A DNA stretch of 63,351 bases, filler included, from Perkinsus chesapeaki ATCC PRA-425 (taxonomy: Eukaryota > Protista > Perkinsozoa): the NCBI GenBank assembly GCA_013115145.1. It is 5 parts of 5 records of this genome, joined end to end, with 100 filler letters (N's around TTAATTAATTAA, not from the genome) between each part and the next. Parts side by side here need not be neighbours in the genome. Positions count along the whole stretch, not along the records: positions 20,657 to 32,410 come from JAAPAO010000839.1; positions 32,511 to 56,848 come from JAAPAO010000545.1; 3 more parts are not named here. One strand, written 5' to 3'. Below are positions 30,173 to 43,064 of this stretch, in pieces. The notes beneath the pieces are model-generated. The model was given only the letters and a program-made list of their open reading frames with translations. It ran no database searches and was not told the DNA's origin. The stretch's first letter is position 1; each line of letters opens with the position of its first letter. Both the position numbers and the translations under genes were made by a program.

Positions 30173-31028
30173 CTATGTGATGTATTCGAAGAGGACATTC
30201 TCTAGCCCTCTTGTGTTGGAACAGTAACATGAACATCACTAGTTAGGTCTTTCACGCATCAACAGTGACATATCTCAATGGGCCATAATGTGAAGGAAAG
30301 CGATCAATCCCGTACAGGAATTGCGATATGAGAATCTGGCTGCTGAACCGTAGCTGAAACAATAACCGTTTATGGCATAACCGGGTTGTCCTCGACACTT
30401 AAGTGGTGACTTACCCAAGATGAAGTGTATAAACCCTAATAGCACTCGGTGGCTCATTTAGAGAACGCTGGAAAGCTCAAATTTCACCGACCAAGCTCAA
30501 GGTATTTACTCCCTATTTCGGTTAATGGGAAAAAGCCTCTAGCCTGATATACGAGGTTACCTCGTCGAGGTATGCCAAGGGAAAGCCCAGGAAAGGCGAC
30601 AAGGGTGTGAACTTCGTACAAGGAAGCGCTTGGCTTCGCCCATGAAAGAACAGGCTTCCGAGGACCTCTGGGTGGACTCAGCCGCAATGATCTTCGAGTA
30701 CCGACGATATGCTAGTAACGGTCTCGGATTATTAGCCCCTTCGGCAGCACGACTCGGCGCCACACCGCCATGAGGATGTTCTCATCATCGCTTGATGGGG
30801 GTCGTCGGCGCTTGGACTACCTCAATCTTGAGTTGGTATAAAGATTGACTAACACAATAGGTAGCACTCAGTAAACTTCTAGAGGAGTTCTCGAGAACTT
30901 CACGCTAGTATCAAGACAACTAGCGATAACCCTGTGTATAAGGGGTTTTTTATGACGAGAGGGCTGTTAAAGAGCGGCCCATTGTGACATCACAAATGGA
31001 CTCTGTCCGTAGGTGTAGGAGGCTAGCT

Positions 31029-31418
31029 TTAGGCTTTGAGCTTGTAGCCTGCGTTGTAGCCATTTTTGAAGGTCATACTCAGAATGTTCTGATTTTTGTC
31101 GAAATCCATCCTATGTAGAGTCTTGCTGTTGATAAAGTCAGGATACCTTTTTGCGACCTCTTCAATATCACTCGCGTTAAAGTTGCGAACAACATAAGAG
31201 CGGTCGCTTACGATAGCATAGGACCCTGTTACACTGTATCCTCCAAGGTAAACGTCAGTGAGTACTCCCCAAGAGACATTCATGAACTGTAGAGGGCATG
31301 GTGTCCCCGGGGGGTCAGGAGTGTATAGGGCATAGACTCCTATAGGCAACGGGTCTGCTCCGAGGGGTTGGGACATACCACAACCGGCGACGATGGCGAG
31401 GACCAAGTTACGGAGCAT
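31029..31418 (-). CDS. Small secreted hypothetical protein (129 aa)
   Basis: Intronless ORF with a signal-peptide-like start MLRNLVLAIVAGCGMSQP. Confidence 0.6.
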   Translation of the reverse strand: MLRNLVLAIVAGCGMSQPLGADPLPIGVYALYTPDPPGTPCPLQFMNVSWGVLTDVYLGGYSVTGSYAIVSDRSYVVRNFNASDIEEVAKRYPDFINSKTLHRMDFDKNQNILSMTFKNGYNAGYKLKA

Positions 31419-31687
31419 AAGAGAAACGCAGAGGGATCGTTATTACACTGCTTGTACAAGAGTTGAATGCCCGAACACAACAACCAAAGGGCTGTGGATA
31501 ATAGCTTAAGAGAACGGCTACAAAAGGAGACTGCGGAAGTGGCGTCACCGAGGCGGCATGTCACCGCGTGCGGCAAGCCGGCTGTCACTGGCACGCGCTA
31601 CCTGTGTGGGCCTGCCACTACAAGATTGTGCGTATGATAACATGACCGCCGTAAGTAGGTCAGAAACCGACTGATGGCCTTCTAGAT

Positions 31688-32074
31688 GTGTCAGAGATCG
31701 CGCTGAGACACACCACTTTACATGGTGCCCAGACCCAGGACACTACTGATGATGGTGTGCCCGTGTTCTGTACGTATGAGGGTTACTGCTTGGTGGCTGG
31801 AGGAAGCACCGGGGCCGATGAGGAGGCCAGCCGCATTGCGGAAGCAGAGCGTGAGGCGGCTGAGCGCGTGGCGCGTGAGGAAGAGGAACGCCGTGAGCGC
31901 GAGAAGCTCGAAAGCCGCAGGCGTGAGCGGGAAGCACAGGCGGAGAGAGAGCGTAAGGAGCGTGCTGACGCTGAGCCCCGTAGATCAAGTAAATCGGGAC
32001 CCGCCACGCCTAGTTCTTCGAGATGTTCCGGTTGTTGGACATCAAGCCGGAGCAACAGTTGGCTTACCAGGTAA
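31688..32074 (+). CDS. E/R-rich coiled-coil ORF or fragment, function unknown
   Basis: AEREAAERVAREEEERREREK charged helix with biased codon use. Confidence 0.35.
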   Translation: MSEIALRHTTLHGAQTQDTTDDGVPVFCTYEGYCLVAGGSTGADEEASRIAEAEREAAERVAREEEERREREKLESRRREREAQAERERKERADAEPRRSSKSGPATPSSSRCSGCWTSSRSNSWLTR

Positions 32075-32410
32075 GCCTTACCTCAAAATCAACCTCACCT
32101 TGAAATTCCCATACACGTCCCTGCGGTACTTAGGCTAAGTACCGCAGTAAGTTGCTAATCATTATTATCACCATCATTTAATCACTCATTGTAAATGCTA
32201 ATTGTGGTCTACTTAGTAGCTTCTTCTATCATGCAGCTAATAGTATTACCCTGATACCACCTGAACGGCTTAGGCTAAACCTTCGCTAAAGACTATGCGG
32301 GCTAGAAACTTCGCCATTGGACAATTTCCACCAAATCTGATACATACCACTAACTTAGTGACACTAAATATTGCTCCAGACGAATAGAGAGTTGATTTTT
32401 TGAGGGGACT

Positions 32411-32510
32411 NNNNNNNNNNNNNNNNNNNNNNNNNNNNNNNNNNNNNNNNNNNNTTAATTAATTAANNNNNNNNNNNNNNNNNNNNNNNNNNNNNNNNNN
32501 NNNNNNNNNN
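32411..32510. other. Assembly spacer (N-TTAATTAATTAA-N)
   Basis: Linker embedded in Ns. Confidence 0.98.
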
Positions 32511-32750
32511 TCAGCACGTAGTTGTCCAAGCAGAGAGTCCAGAGCTTCTCGAGCTTGAGGGCGCAAAGGATAGTAAGGGGCTTCGATGATGGGATGTTTC
32601 GTTGCCAGCTGCATCTTGGCAGTCGGGATGTCCCGTGGGAACTCGGTAGCGAGCTTATCGATCTCATTGTCAGACAGTGCTCTGTCGATCCTGCTCCAAG
32701 GAAGACCAAGTTCTTGGAGCTGTCACAGCTCAGCTGTGATAGATAGTCAA
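32511..32750 (-). CDS. Leucine-rich-repeat-like gene fragment running into the gap
   Basis: KNLVFLGAG...LCALKLEKLWTLCLDN shows LxxLxxLxL spacing. Confidence 0.3.
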
Positions 32751-33195
32751 CGTCACTCCTGTACACTGCCTGTATACTTCCAACAGTCGCTGTACAATGT
32801 ACAGCAATATAATACCACGACATCTCAGTCACTTTCGCCGTTAGTCCTCTACACTCTGGTAGGCGCCATCTCTACTGCCCTAAGGGCACTGCCCTTCTAC
32901 AGTAGAAGTTCTACTCACCTAAGGCGAGTCACCTTCGGAAGGTGACCTTCCTACGATGTAACAGCGCTCTGTTGATGCAATGGATCCACCCCATGGGCCA
33001 ACACATTCCGTCATCATGTCGGAATGTGTTGGCCCATGTGGTGGATTCGTCGCGGCGTCATGACGGCGTCATGAGCCAAGGCTTGACTGCCAAGCAATCT
33101 TCCAACCCGCCAAGCAAGGAATCTTGCTCACTTGGCTACTCTTGCATATCCTACATTTTTGTTTTCTTTCATGCGGTCAACAATCGTGTACACAC

Positions 33196-34219
33196 ATGTC
33201 AAGCTCACACCTTACTGATTCGGAGCTCGACGATGATCGACCACATCGCTGTAGTCAATGCGGCAGCCGGTGAGTATCTGTAACTATCCGACTTAGTAAG
33301 AACAAAGTACTTGTTTCTGAAAACTTCTTTCTTTTTTTTCTCAAACTTTCTACAGTGCATTTGAATTAACACACCTCACGTTCGCCTCACTTTAGTATTA
33401 TATATGTACAGTAATTCCGCTCTCTACGATCCAGTTAGGTTCCTCAAAAAAGCCCATCTCGATCGGCATGTCGCCTCCGTCCACAGTGACCAACGTCCTT
33501 ACCAATGTGCGGTGTGTTTGAAGACATTCAAGCGCTCCAGCCATCTCAAGCGGCACGAGGAGAATGCTCACTCCATTGAGAAAAACGAAATCTGTGAGAA
33601 GTGCGGTAAAGCCTTTGGCGGGTCGGAGCAGCTTCGGAGGCATCTCAAACGGCATCGTAAAGCCGAGCTCGGCAGCGCTGTGAAAGACAATATTTCTGTT
33701 GCCAGTATAATGTCTAAGAGAGGCGAGCTTTTGCCGGCTCCCCAGGAGTCTGCAGTGCGGTCTGAGAATAAGGAAAGGAAGCTTCATCGGTGCGAGGAAT
33801 GCGGGAAGAGCTTCACGCGTCTCAGGGGGCTCCGATTGCACTTGAGATCGAGGCATCATAAAACTCAGTGGGGAGAGGAAGCGACCGTTTTGCCGACATT
33901 TCCTTGCCATCTGTGCGGATTGGAATTTTCTAGTGGGAGCAATCGGAACACTCATATGCGTGTAAAGCATTCTGGCGGAACTCGGGCGCAATTTAAGTGT
34001 TCCCAGTGCGCTTTTGAATCTCCTTATCGCCACGTGGTGGTTCGGCATGAGAAGAATATTCACGGTGATGGCGATGCAACGAAGCGGAAGGATGATGGTA
34101 TTGCGGAGGAGACAGCTGCCAAGGCGTGCAGATTCGATACTTTCGGAAGGACGTCGGGGCCGAGCTCGCTGTTTATGGCGCGAATTCCTATTGGGGTTGG
34201 CAGCGACAGTGACGTATAG
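33196..34219 (+). CDS. C2H2 zinc-finger protein with six fingers, two exons
   Basis: Exon 1 ends RPHRCSQCGSR, an intron follows, then FLKKAHLDRHVASVH and five more C-x2-C...H-x3-4-H fingers. Confidence 0.9.
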
Positions 34220-34405
34220 TATTATTGGTATGTGGGAAAGTTGGTATCATTGGAAACAGTTTCTTTTATCAATGTTATACATTTGTGTTGGTGGGAATGG
34301 GGATTGTTTTGAAATCCGGTAGTTTTCTTCGGGAAGAGGATTAGTAGGCCTAACTAGTTGGGGGGTATCGGTTAATTTCAACTACTAATAGATACGCATG
34401 TATTT

Positions 34406-34588
34406 TAGGTTGAAGCATGCATGTATATCTTAGGTTGAAGCATGCGTGTATATCTTAGGTTGAAGCATGCACGTATATCTTAGGTTGAAGCATGCATGCA
34501 TATCTTATGTTGAAGCATGCATGCGCATTTTTGGTTGAAGCATGCATGCGTATCTTTGGTTGAAGCATGCATGCATATCTTAGGTTGG
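34406..34588. repeat. ~25-bp tandem repeat, about 7 copies, just upstream of DnaJ
   Basis: taggttgaagcatgcatgtatatct variants. Confidence 0.92.
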
Positions 34589-34656
34589 AGCCTGATTTTG
34601 ATTCCTCTTAGCCTTCTTTCTCTCTTTTTTGGGGTTACTCCCTTCCTCCTCGGTCC

Positions 34657-37600
34657 ATGGGTAAGGACTATTACAACATCCTCGGCGTGGATAGAAGTGC
34701 CGGACCGCAGGAGATTAAAAAAGCGTACAATTTTGGGGCGCGCGGGAAATATCTCAACGGGGAATTTCCGTCCATAAATTCGATTGAATTTTCAACTCGG
34801 ATTGATTAAATTGAAGTAACGAATCACTTCATCGAGTTGGTCGATTTATTCCAGCCATTCTGGGGCGCGCGGGAATTCATTATCTTCCAACTCTTCATTT
34901 CAGGTACCGTAAACAAGCCTTACGGTGGCATCCCGATAAAAACCCAAATAACAGGGAAACGGCGGAGCATAAATTCAGGGACGTACGCTGATTAGTCGAA
35001 GCTTTCCATTAGTCCATTTCGTCATTGTTAACGTCATTCGTCGTTAGTCTCCTCTATGCGTACTTTACTGTTCTTACGTAATTTACGTTCCTCCTTATTT
35101 TTTAAACAAACACCGTTCATTTTTCGGGGCAATTTTCTATTACATGCTTTTCTGCCCTTTTCGCCTTTTGCGTTTCCCGTCATTTTCTATCTGTTCTATT
35201 TTTATCATTTTTCCTTGGTCCACATTCGCCGCTCTATTCCCTTTCCTTCGCTCTTCCTTTTCAAATAATAACCTTCTCATCTATCGTTTTCCGATTATCT
35301 CATTCCGTTTGTTGTTCAGATAGGAGAAGCATTTGACGTTCTTAGTGATTCTCAAAAGAAAAATATGTACTAGGGTTACGGCGGAGCGGAGCTTTTTTGT
35401 CGTTGGAGGTGGTTTGGAATTAATGGTATTAGTAGATACGATCAGTTTGGTGAAGAGGGGCTTAAGAACGACGGAGCAGGATGTGGCTTTGGGCCAGGAA
35501 TGTAATAAAGAGAGCAGACACAGGAACATGTATTATCCTCCTCCGTATCACTAGTAACATATTTCCTATCAAACTCCTTCCTATTATATCTCCTCCTCCT
35601 CCGTATCACTAGTAACATATTACCTATCAAACTCCTTTCTATTATATCTCCTCCGTATCACTAGTAACATATTTCCTATCAAACTCCTTTCTATTATATC
35701 TCCTCCTTTAATCAGGTTCGGTGGTCGCGGCGGTGGAAATGGATACCATTACAGTTTCTCTCGGGATCCGAATGATATATTCGCCCAGATGTTCGGTGAC
35801 GGTGGCATGTTCATGAACAGCGGCGGGATGGATGATTATGGCGATCCGTTCTTTGGGGGAGGTAGTAATCGGAAGGTCGCGGGTTCGAATCCTGGTCTTA
35901 CATTATAATGTGTAATAACAAACGTAATTTAATTTACATGGCTCAACTACAAGCATGAACGTCTGATGGTTGGGAGTCTAATTGGAATTTATATCACGGA
36001 ACTCGGCAGGTGAAAAGCTAGTCAATTCTGGTGAGGTACAACACTAGCTGCCAGAATCTTGTGACAAGATACGGGGACAGCAAATTGTGTGCTCACACAA
36101 TCGCACATTTTCACCCATGCGTATTTTTAATTTTTGTAGGAATGCATCGGCGGAACGGATTTGGACGGTGTTCGTCGAGGCGAGCATCGAGTCCTGAAGC
36201 TAAAAAGAGCCGTAAGTAGAGTAAAACGTCACGCGCCACAAAATTGGGGATCTATTATAGGAATTGCGGAATTCGATTTAAAGTGCTCGTTAGAGGAGCT
36301 CTACCAAGGAAAGGCGAAAAGAGTAAAGGTGAGGATTCTTCCATGCGAAAGGGCGTGGGTTCGATCCCAGTGGGTGTCGCTTTAGATTAAGAGATCGAGC
36401 TGTACTGTGCAAAGGCCGTCCGAGACCACACTGGAAATTGAAGTTAAACCTGGCTGGAAAGCCGGTAAGCATCGAACTTTCTGACACCTCTAGCTACGGA
36501 AAATCGCGACGGAAATGTGTGGTTTATTGTAGAGTATATTTGCTTCTTGTTTTTCCCGTTGTTGATACAAGCTGTGGTAGGAAAGAACGCCCCTCTTCAT
36601 CATCCGTTATACTTATCATTATACACTCATTACACTGCAGTGATATGGATTTATTATAATAATAAACCAGTAACAGAAGTAGTATATCCCACGTAGTCTT
36701 ACGTAGGTAAATTGATATAATAGTAAATGAGTAGCATTCAAGCTATTGCTGCAACACGTACCGTGTTAAAGCTTCAAGAGTTGAACCTCGGTTTCTAAAA
36801 ATGTGTGTAAATACGAATTCTACGTATCAAATTTAATCACTTTGTAAATTTCTTGTGGTAGGCACTAAGATTACGTTTGCCGGGGAAGGTGATGAGTTGG
36901 GCTGCTCCGGCAAATGCCAGGATGTAGCCTTTGTTATCAGAGAGAAGGATCATCCTTTGTTCGAGCGATCAGGGTGAGCTTGGAAATATCTTTTGGGAGC
37001 TGGAATGAAATTTTTGGGAGTTCAAATGAGCATTTTTAAATAATGTCATAACTCTACCAAGAAGCATCTTCGTATATTTGAACTATATAATTATTATGGA
37101 AATTCTGGATCAATAATATTTATTATTTATACTGTATTGAGGGAGCTGCATGGGAGAAAAGATTATGGAGCAGTAGTTGGTAAACAGTTATGACGGAAAA
37201 CCGCTCTGGGAGGCGAGAGCAATCTCGCCAGTCAAATCTTCCTTGCCGCTGTTCGGCAGTTTGGCCGTGTCGCACCTTGTCCCATTGTTAAGCTCTGCGC
37301 GAATCACTAGGAGTTAGAATTCCGATCTACTTCTTCGGACCCCCCCGGATCAAGTGTTAGGAGTTTTCGAATTTGTTAATTTTACCCAACCAGAACAAGC
37401 AAGGAAGGCGTCCGTTTTCCGTTATGAAATTTCACCACATCCTTCCCGATTCACCGTATCGTGGTTTTCACCGGTAACTGTCATCCGATGCGGCTCTAGT
37501 ATAACCAGTTAACATATGTTCAAGTGGGTAGTTATCATTTTAGCATGTTTTCTGTTGAAGTGTAAAAGTGAACGCTTCGTGGTGTCATGTGAATTGGCAT

Positions 37601-38141
37601 AACTCAACTTTTTCAGGTCCGATTTAATTTACAAGGCGAGGATAAGTCTGAAGGAAGCCCTGACTGGCTTTGAGAAAGATATCCCGACATTAGCTGGACA
37701 CAGCCGAAGGTAGCAGCAACCTGACCTCCAGGGTATCTTGTTAGTTTTAACCTCGAAATATCTTTTGAGAGTTTTTCCGGTTTATGACTTTTTCGCCGAT
37801 TCCTACTCTAGCGGGGGGCGACTGTTTCAACTTCCCGGGTATAATATTATTCTTCAAAATCGATTGATAATATTATTAGCGTAAGGCAAGTACTTAACCT
37901 CTTGGGAATCTTGCTGTTTCCAACCTCAAAATATCTTTTATTTTAGCTGCTCAATTTTCTGTCTTTCAGGATACGAATTAATCATCTGGTGAAACCTGGC
38001 GGACAGGAAGTAATTGAAGGTGCTGGAATGCCCATCTCGAAGCAGCCGGGGAAATTCGGAAATCTAATCGTTGTTTTCGACGTAGATTTCCCGGACAATT
38101 TAACTGGAGCTCAGATGGAGGCGCTGAAGAATCTACTCTGA
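34657..38141 (+). CDS. Class II J-domain protein (Hsp40, DNAJB/Sis1-like), multi-exon
   Basis: [19 protein letters not shown]-rich region, [37 protein letters not shown]; no zinc fingers. Confidence 0.95.
35538..35706 (+). repeat. ~52-bp intronic minisatellite, 3 copies
   Basis: ctcctccgtatcactagtaacatatttcctatcaaactcctttctattatat units. Confidence 0.92.
35862..35905 (+). pseudogene. tRNA 3'-half remnant at the start of a DnaJ intron
   Basis: GT-agt-aa tcgga aggtc gcggg TTCGAAT cctgg. Confidence 0.75.
36329..36385 (+). pseudogene. 57-nt DnaJ intron containing a Leu/Ser-type tRNA 3' remnant
   Basis: gcgaaagggc gtggg TTCGATC ccagt gggtgtc g cttt; variable-arm-like gaaagggc. Confidence 0.75.
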
Positions 38142-38687
38142 GAAGGTTGAGATATAATAGCTGCGCATGCGTGCAGGATTTATTTTCATACCAACTTTCC
38201 GGTAAATTACGCCTCAGTCGTTGTTGTTGCCGTGCCACTCACTAGCTTCACTCACTTGTATAAATTTATTCACGCGCCACGAAATTACCCATATACACTA
38301 GTAGATCACCACCACTGTAGCATCACCATAAACTTACGTACCCATCGAACTAGTTTGATATCTACTACGATTGACTGTTTCATAAATACCTGAAATAAAA
38401 GAGTTTGGTTGTAGTAGTTAAATTAGGGGAGGAAACATAATCGATCGGGTGATCGATTTGGTTGATAGTTGGGGGTTATGAGTGATTGAGGTGATTGAGT
38501 TGGTTAAGCGAGTGGAGCGTAGGTTCGCGCTTTAATAGTAGTTTGCGCATGCGTGCGAAAAAATTATCCAGCTCGATTTGAAGAAGTTAACTACATGGCT
38601 TATATCATTCGCTCCTACAGTGGGAAAATACAATAGATTCGGATTATATCTTACTGCTGGTTTGCGGTTAAAAAATTCTTACCACTG

Positions 38688-38728
38688 AAAAACGGCAGGC
38701 CTAGGGATCGAACTTGAGTGATGGCGTA
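38688..38728 (-). pseudogene. Degenerate tRNA 3' end with terminator; host context unresolved
   Basis: Minus strand reads tcaag TTCGATC cctag gcctgcc g TTTTT. Confidence 0.5.
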
Positions 38729-39017
38729 CAGTAATCATCATCATCAGCTACCAAGTAGATACAGGATTCATTCAATGTTGATTGATGAACCCACTGCCTT
38801 GAACAATTCGCCTAAGTCGATCCTATTCATCATCATTATCTCCGGTGTGCTGCTGTGTATTATATAAATACAGCCATTCTATTTTCCAGAGAATTTCTGG
38901 ATGCATTTCTCCATTAGCGTTGTGTAAGTTACATAGTCTAGTAAAGAGGACGGGTCGCAATATGAAATTTCAGCGATTTGAAATCGCTCACGTTAAAAAG
39001 TTCAGTTCACCTCTTTG

Positions 39018-42000
39018 ATGTCTTCTGATGAAGGTCCTCCAGAGGACTGCTGTGTCTCAGAGACTTTGACGCAAGAAATCTTGGACGCAACGGCAGCGCA
39101 GAGCAGCGGCAATAGCGCACTGCGAAGGTTTTCTGATGTCAGCAGAGTAATAAATGGGCGCAAGGGTGAAATGGAAATTTCGGGAATCTTCAGATACTCC
39201 GGGTTGGTTATGGGAAACTACCAGCAGAACGGACGGCGCTAAAAAGTGGATATTAATTTCAGCGATTCCCGGGCTGATTGTATTTCTCCGCGGAAGCTCT
39301 CAGAATTTCGGAAAAATAACGGAAAAAGCGGGAAATAACGGAAAAAGCGGGAAGTCGGGGAAAAAGCGGGAAATGACGGAAAAAGCGGAAAATAACGGAA
39401 AAAAGCGGGAAAAAGCGGAAAAAGCGTAAAATAACGGAAAAGCGGAAAATCGGGGAAAAATCGAAGAATTTGTAGTGAAGTATAGATTAAAGTGAAATAC
39501 AGACATTAGATATGACAGAAATATGTCATTGTAAGGTGTTACAGTATCGAGGAGGGTATGTCGAAATGGTAATGATCGGAGCGATAGCGGGTAATAAGGA
39601 GGCGGACGGGGGGACTCTGGGATTGGGAAAAGGGAGGATTTAACGGAACTCCAGTGTTTGAGATTGGAGACGCATTCCTCGCGGATTTGATAGTTGGAAT
39701 GATCGAAGATTAGTCCCACCTCGAAGAAATACGTAACATTTGGAGGACCACTTTCCTGTAGTAAATTTGTATAGGTATTAATATATGGGAGACACGGGCA
39801 ATTGTATTGGTTAATAATCAAGACAATTCAATCAATCAATGATCAATGATTACTAGAGCCACATTTACGTTGGTTCATCGAACAGCTCGGAGTTAACCTT
39901 TTGATATTACAATTCTCATAGCTCCTGCTGCCGCAATTTCCGTGGATCTATTTAGAGAAGGATCTTATGCCAAATATGTCGCGAAATTGATCATGCTTCC
40001 ATCATTAACTAAATATACGCGAGTGACTACCGAAAGGTATATGGGCAACTTCGTGGCGAGTTGTAGTTGTTTCTGACTTCTCAGGGATGGCCTCGAGATA
40101 TCAAAGCGCAGTTCTTTGAATACGCAGATTATTGGAGAGGACCGGAGGCGAGGTGAAATGACCTCGGTGTTCGAAACTGTCAGGCGTCGCGCCGGTTCGG
40201 TGGCATCGTATGGAGTAGGCAGTAATAACTGGTTGTTCACCAAGACAGCGTGACCACCTTACCGGCCACCATGGATCACTGCCGTGGTGGCCAAGATTTT
40301 GGAAATGTCCGATGTACGATATAATTTTGTGGAAGCACGATTTTTGGCAGTTTCATAAAATATGACTAGCGAAAATTTTCACCACAGTCATCGTGACCGT
40401 GGTGGTTCGTAAACCCCGTAGGATCAACTGGCAACAAATGGACACGAGAACTCGTTGTCTTGGAAGAACTAGCGCTGAGACACTGTATGTGGTATAGCTT
40501 TGTGGAGAAGTTCGGCCGAAGCTGGTTACCTTCCACCGTTATTCAGTTATTCAGTTTGGGATTCCAACATAATTGATGCATTTGTAGGGGAAATTTCTTA
40601 CAAGGGTAACTCAAGGAGATATCGATCAACCGTTTCATGAAAAAATTGGACACCTGGTATTAGTATGTTCAGTGCATTTAATATCTCCGATGGTCGCATG
40701 TCAAGGAATCTGAGTGGGGGACTGCAGAATCTTGCGGATGTTTTTAGGCGACAAACAGATATGTGAGGAGTGTGTCGTGGAGCCTATGGTTGAAGTGAAG
40801 GATCCACCTACGCCTGAAATTCCCCTAGCTAGGAAAGGTAGTTTCGTGGTCGGGTCATATCTCCCGCAGTTAGTTAACCATCACTCCCTATATTCCCTTC
40901 TCGAGAACCCTACTATCTCCTCGCTCCTTGAGTTCGTTAATATCCGAACCTTCGATTACCATTAGGGGTAGTGCTCAAGGCTGGCGACTCGCAAGCTCAG
41001 CTCCCTCGTTCAGTCATATCGATTACGTGATCGATTTCATTCCCATCAGGTAGCGACGCATCGCCTACCCTGCATTCACGGAGGGATGTTCAATCGGGAA
41101 GAGTGGCAGTGGAGCCACCGGAAGTGCACTCGCTGGTAACCGTTCGTTTTGGTCTCTAATATGATCTCTCTGGATCTCTTATTTCAGGGTTTGATTGAAG
41201 CCTTGATCGAGAATCCCTCGACATTTATGCCAGGATTGGCAGGTCAATATGGTCACCGTTGGAACCGGAGGTTGGCAGGAACCTGGGCGGAGGAGTGTTG
41301 GATTGGGAGAAATCGTGTCACATGAACACGATCTATCGTGATACCGTCTGACATCAGCCGCTGAATTGGCGTCAATAATGAGCGATTTGAACTTGGTCTC
41401 TGGCGGCTCTTTCGAATGTCATCACCCTAGGTACTGCCCTGGTGGTAGTGTGCATGAGAGACGGCAAATAGGAAATGCAGTGAATCTAAAAGGTCGGAGG
41501 AGCATGACATGGAACTCGCGTTTGTATCCTAATATTTCCGAACCTTGATTACAGCTGGGGCTGCGTCGAATTTAGTGGATAATATCGCCGTCCTTGGAGA
41601 TAAGGTGCGGAAACCGTTCTCGAATCCTTCACTCTCTGGCTTCTATGTTACGACTTGGTTTAAAGTCGAGGTGGTCAAGTCCCAGGGGGAAAATGTTGAT
41701 GAAGTTCCGGGTGTTAGGCGATTGATTGGGGCGCGCGATCGTAGCATAGTTGCGCGGTTGCTTGACCCACTCGGGAGAGCCGATCTATATCCGTAACGGT
41801 ATTACCATCCCACATGCAAGAAGGCTCACGCCTGTACGGTATGCTCGAACAATTATCAAGGAAACGGGTGAAAAACTTCGCCCGACCAATGACATCTCAA
41901 ACCTTTGAGGCTTGAAGAGAAACTACAGTGCGTTCGCGTTTGGTGGGCAAGTTGATTAAAATTGAATATTTCGCGTGAGAGTGATGAAAATTGGCTAAAA

Positions 42001-42710
42001 CCTTCAAGACAAGGGGAATCGATTGGTATAATTTTCATGACAAAACCTCTCAGCCGTTTCATCGTGAGGGCGAGCGAGAAGAAAAATGAGCGTACTCAGC
42101 GTTCGTGTCTGTTTTGTTGGTTCACGAAATCTCTTGTTGCAAGAGACTGGCATTTCTGTGGATAAACCCTAAATAAGCTTCATTTTCGGAATCTGGAGAT
42201 GGCTCTATATCATCATCCAACCATATTTACTGTGTGGTGCCGTGTTTTCATTCCACGAGTTCCAAACATCGCGCGTTTTGCACGTAATAGGCGGGGAAAT
42301 TTGCCGAAAATCTGATCTGAAATCCCTGACATGCTGAGTTCAACATGAGAGGGATTGAAGTCCATTGTGTACCGCATCGTAACACTACCTAACCCACCAG
42401 CCCCCCCTTCGATCATCATCAATCATAAGATTGGAGTAGGTATCTGAGCGTCTGAGTAGTTCGAAAATACTAACCAGCAGTTTGATAAAAGTGTGGAATC
42501 GATTAACTCTTACGTGGCAGTATGCAGTCATCACCAACCTGACGGATTTCAGTTCATTTTTATAATGTCCTTCAAGAGTGAGGTGTCAGAGCAGAGCGCC
42601 TTCACTGATGATGTAAGAATTGTTATGCGCCGTAAAGGTGCGTTGGATGATCCAATCGGTATTTTTCATTTTATTGGAGCTGATGATAATCACGCTGCAA
42701 TGGTCCGCTA
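39018..42710 (+). CDS. Hypothetical multi-exon gene, product not recognised
   Basis: A series of AG/GT-bounded open exons (for example GWPRDIKAQFFEYADYWRGPEA and GKFLTRVTQGDIDQPFHEKIGHL). The chain is not fully resolved. Confidence 0.4.
39309..39460. repeat. Degenerate purine-rich ~9/19-bp intronic repeat
   Basis: ggaaaaagcg and ggaaataac units. Confidence 0.85.
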
Positions 42711-43064
42711 GAGTAAACCATTCTTAAAGCTAATAGATGATGATATTGTATTCTTTTTTGCGGTTTATTTAGACAACTCGATAACTGGTATTAACATATG
42801 CTGGTCTCTTTCGTGGATCTGGAGGTCTCTACGAATCGTGGAGCGTTGCAATGGTTAGGTTGAATTTACTTGGTTATATCCAATGGAATAAGAAATATAA
42901 GTGTTAGGCGCAGTCGTCACTAATTCAGGGGATTCTTCGGTGTGTGATCGACAGGTCTGATATGAGTCTGGAAGTAGTTTATCGAAATACCGCCATGTTG
43001 GATTAGATTCCGTAATGAATAACACATTTCGTAAATATTCTACTTCTACAAGTGTATAATAAAA

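Noticed and set aside
36770-36800. Weak antisense B-box (gaggttcaactc) in a DnaJ intron
   Set aside because: Poor stem, no variable-loop or terminator match, and far from the donor; compatible with chance.
41480-41610. Apparent in-frame TAA (FVS*YFRTLITAG) suggesting readthrough or codon reassignment
   Set aside because: Neighbouring genes use TAA as a true stop and the exon structure here is unresolved; a missed intron or pseudogenisation is more likely.
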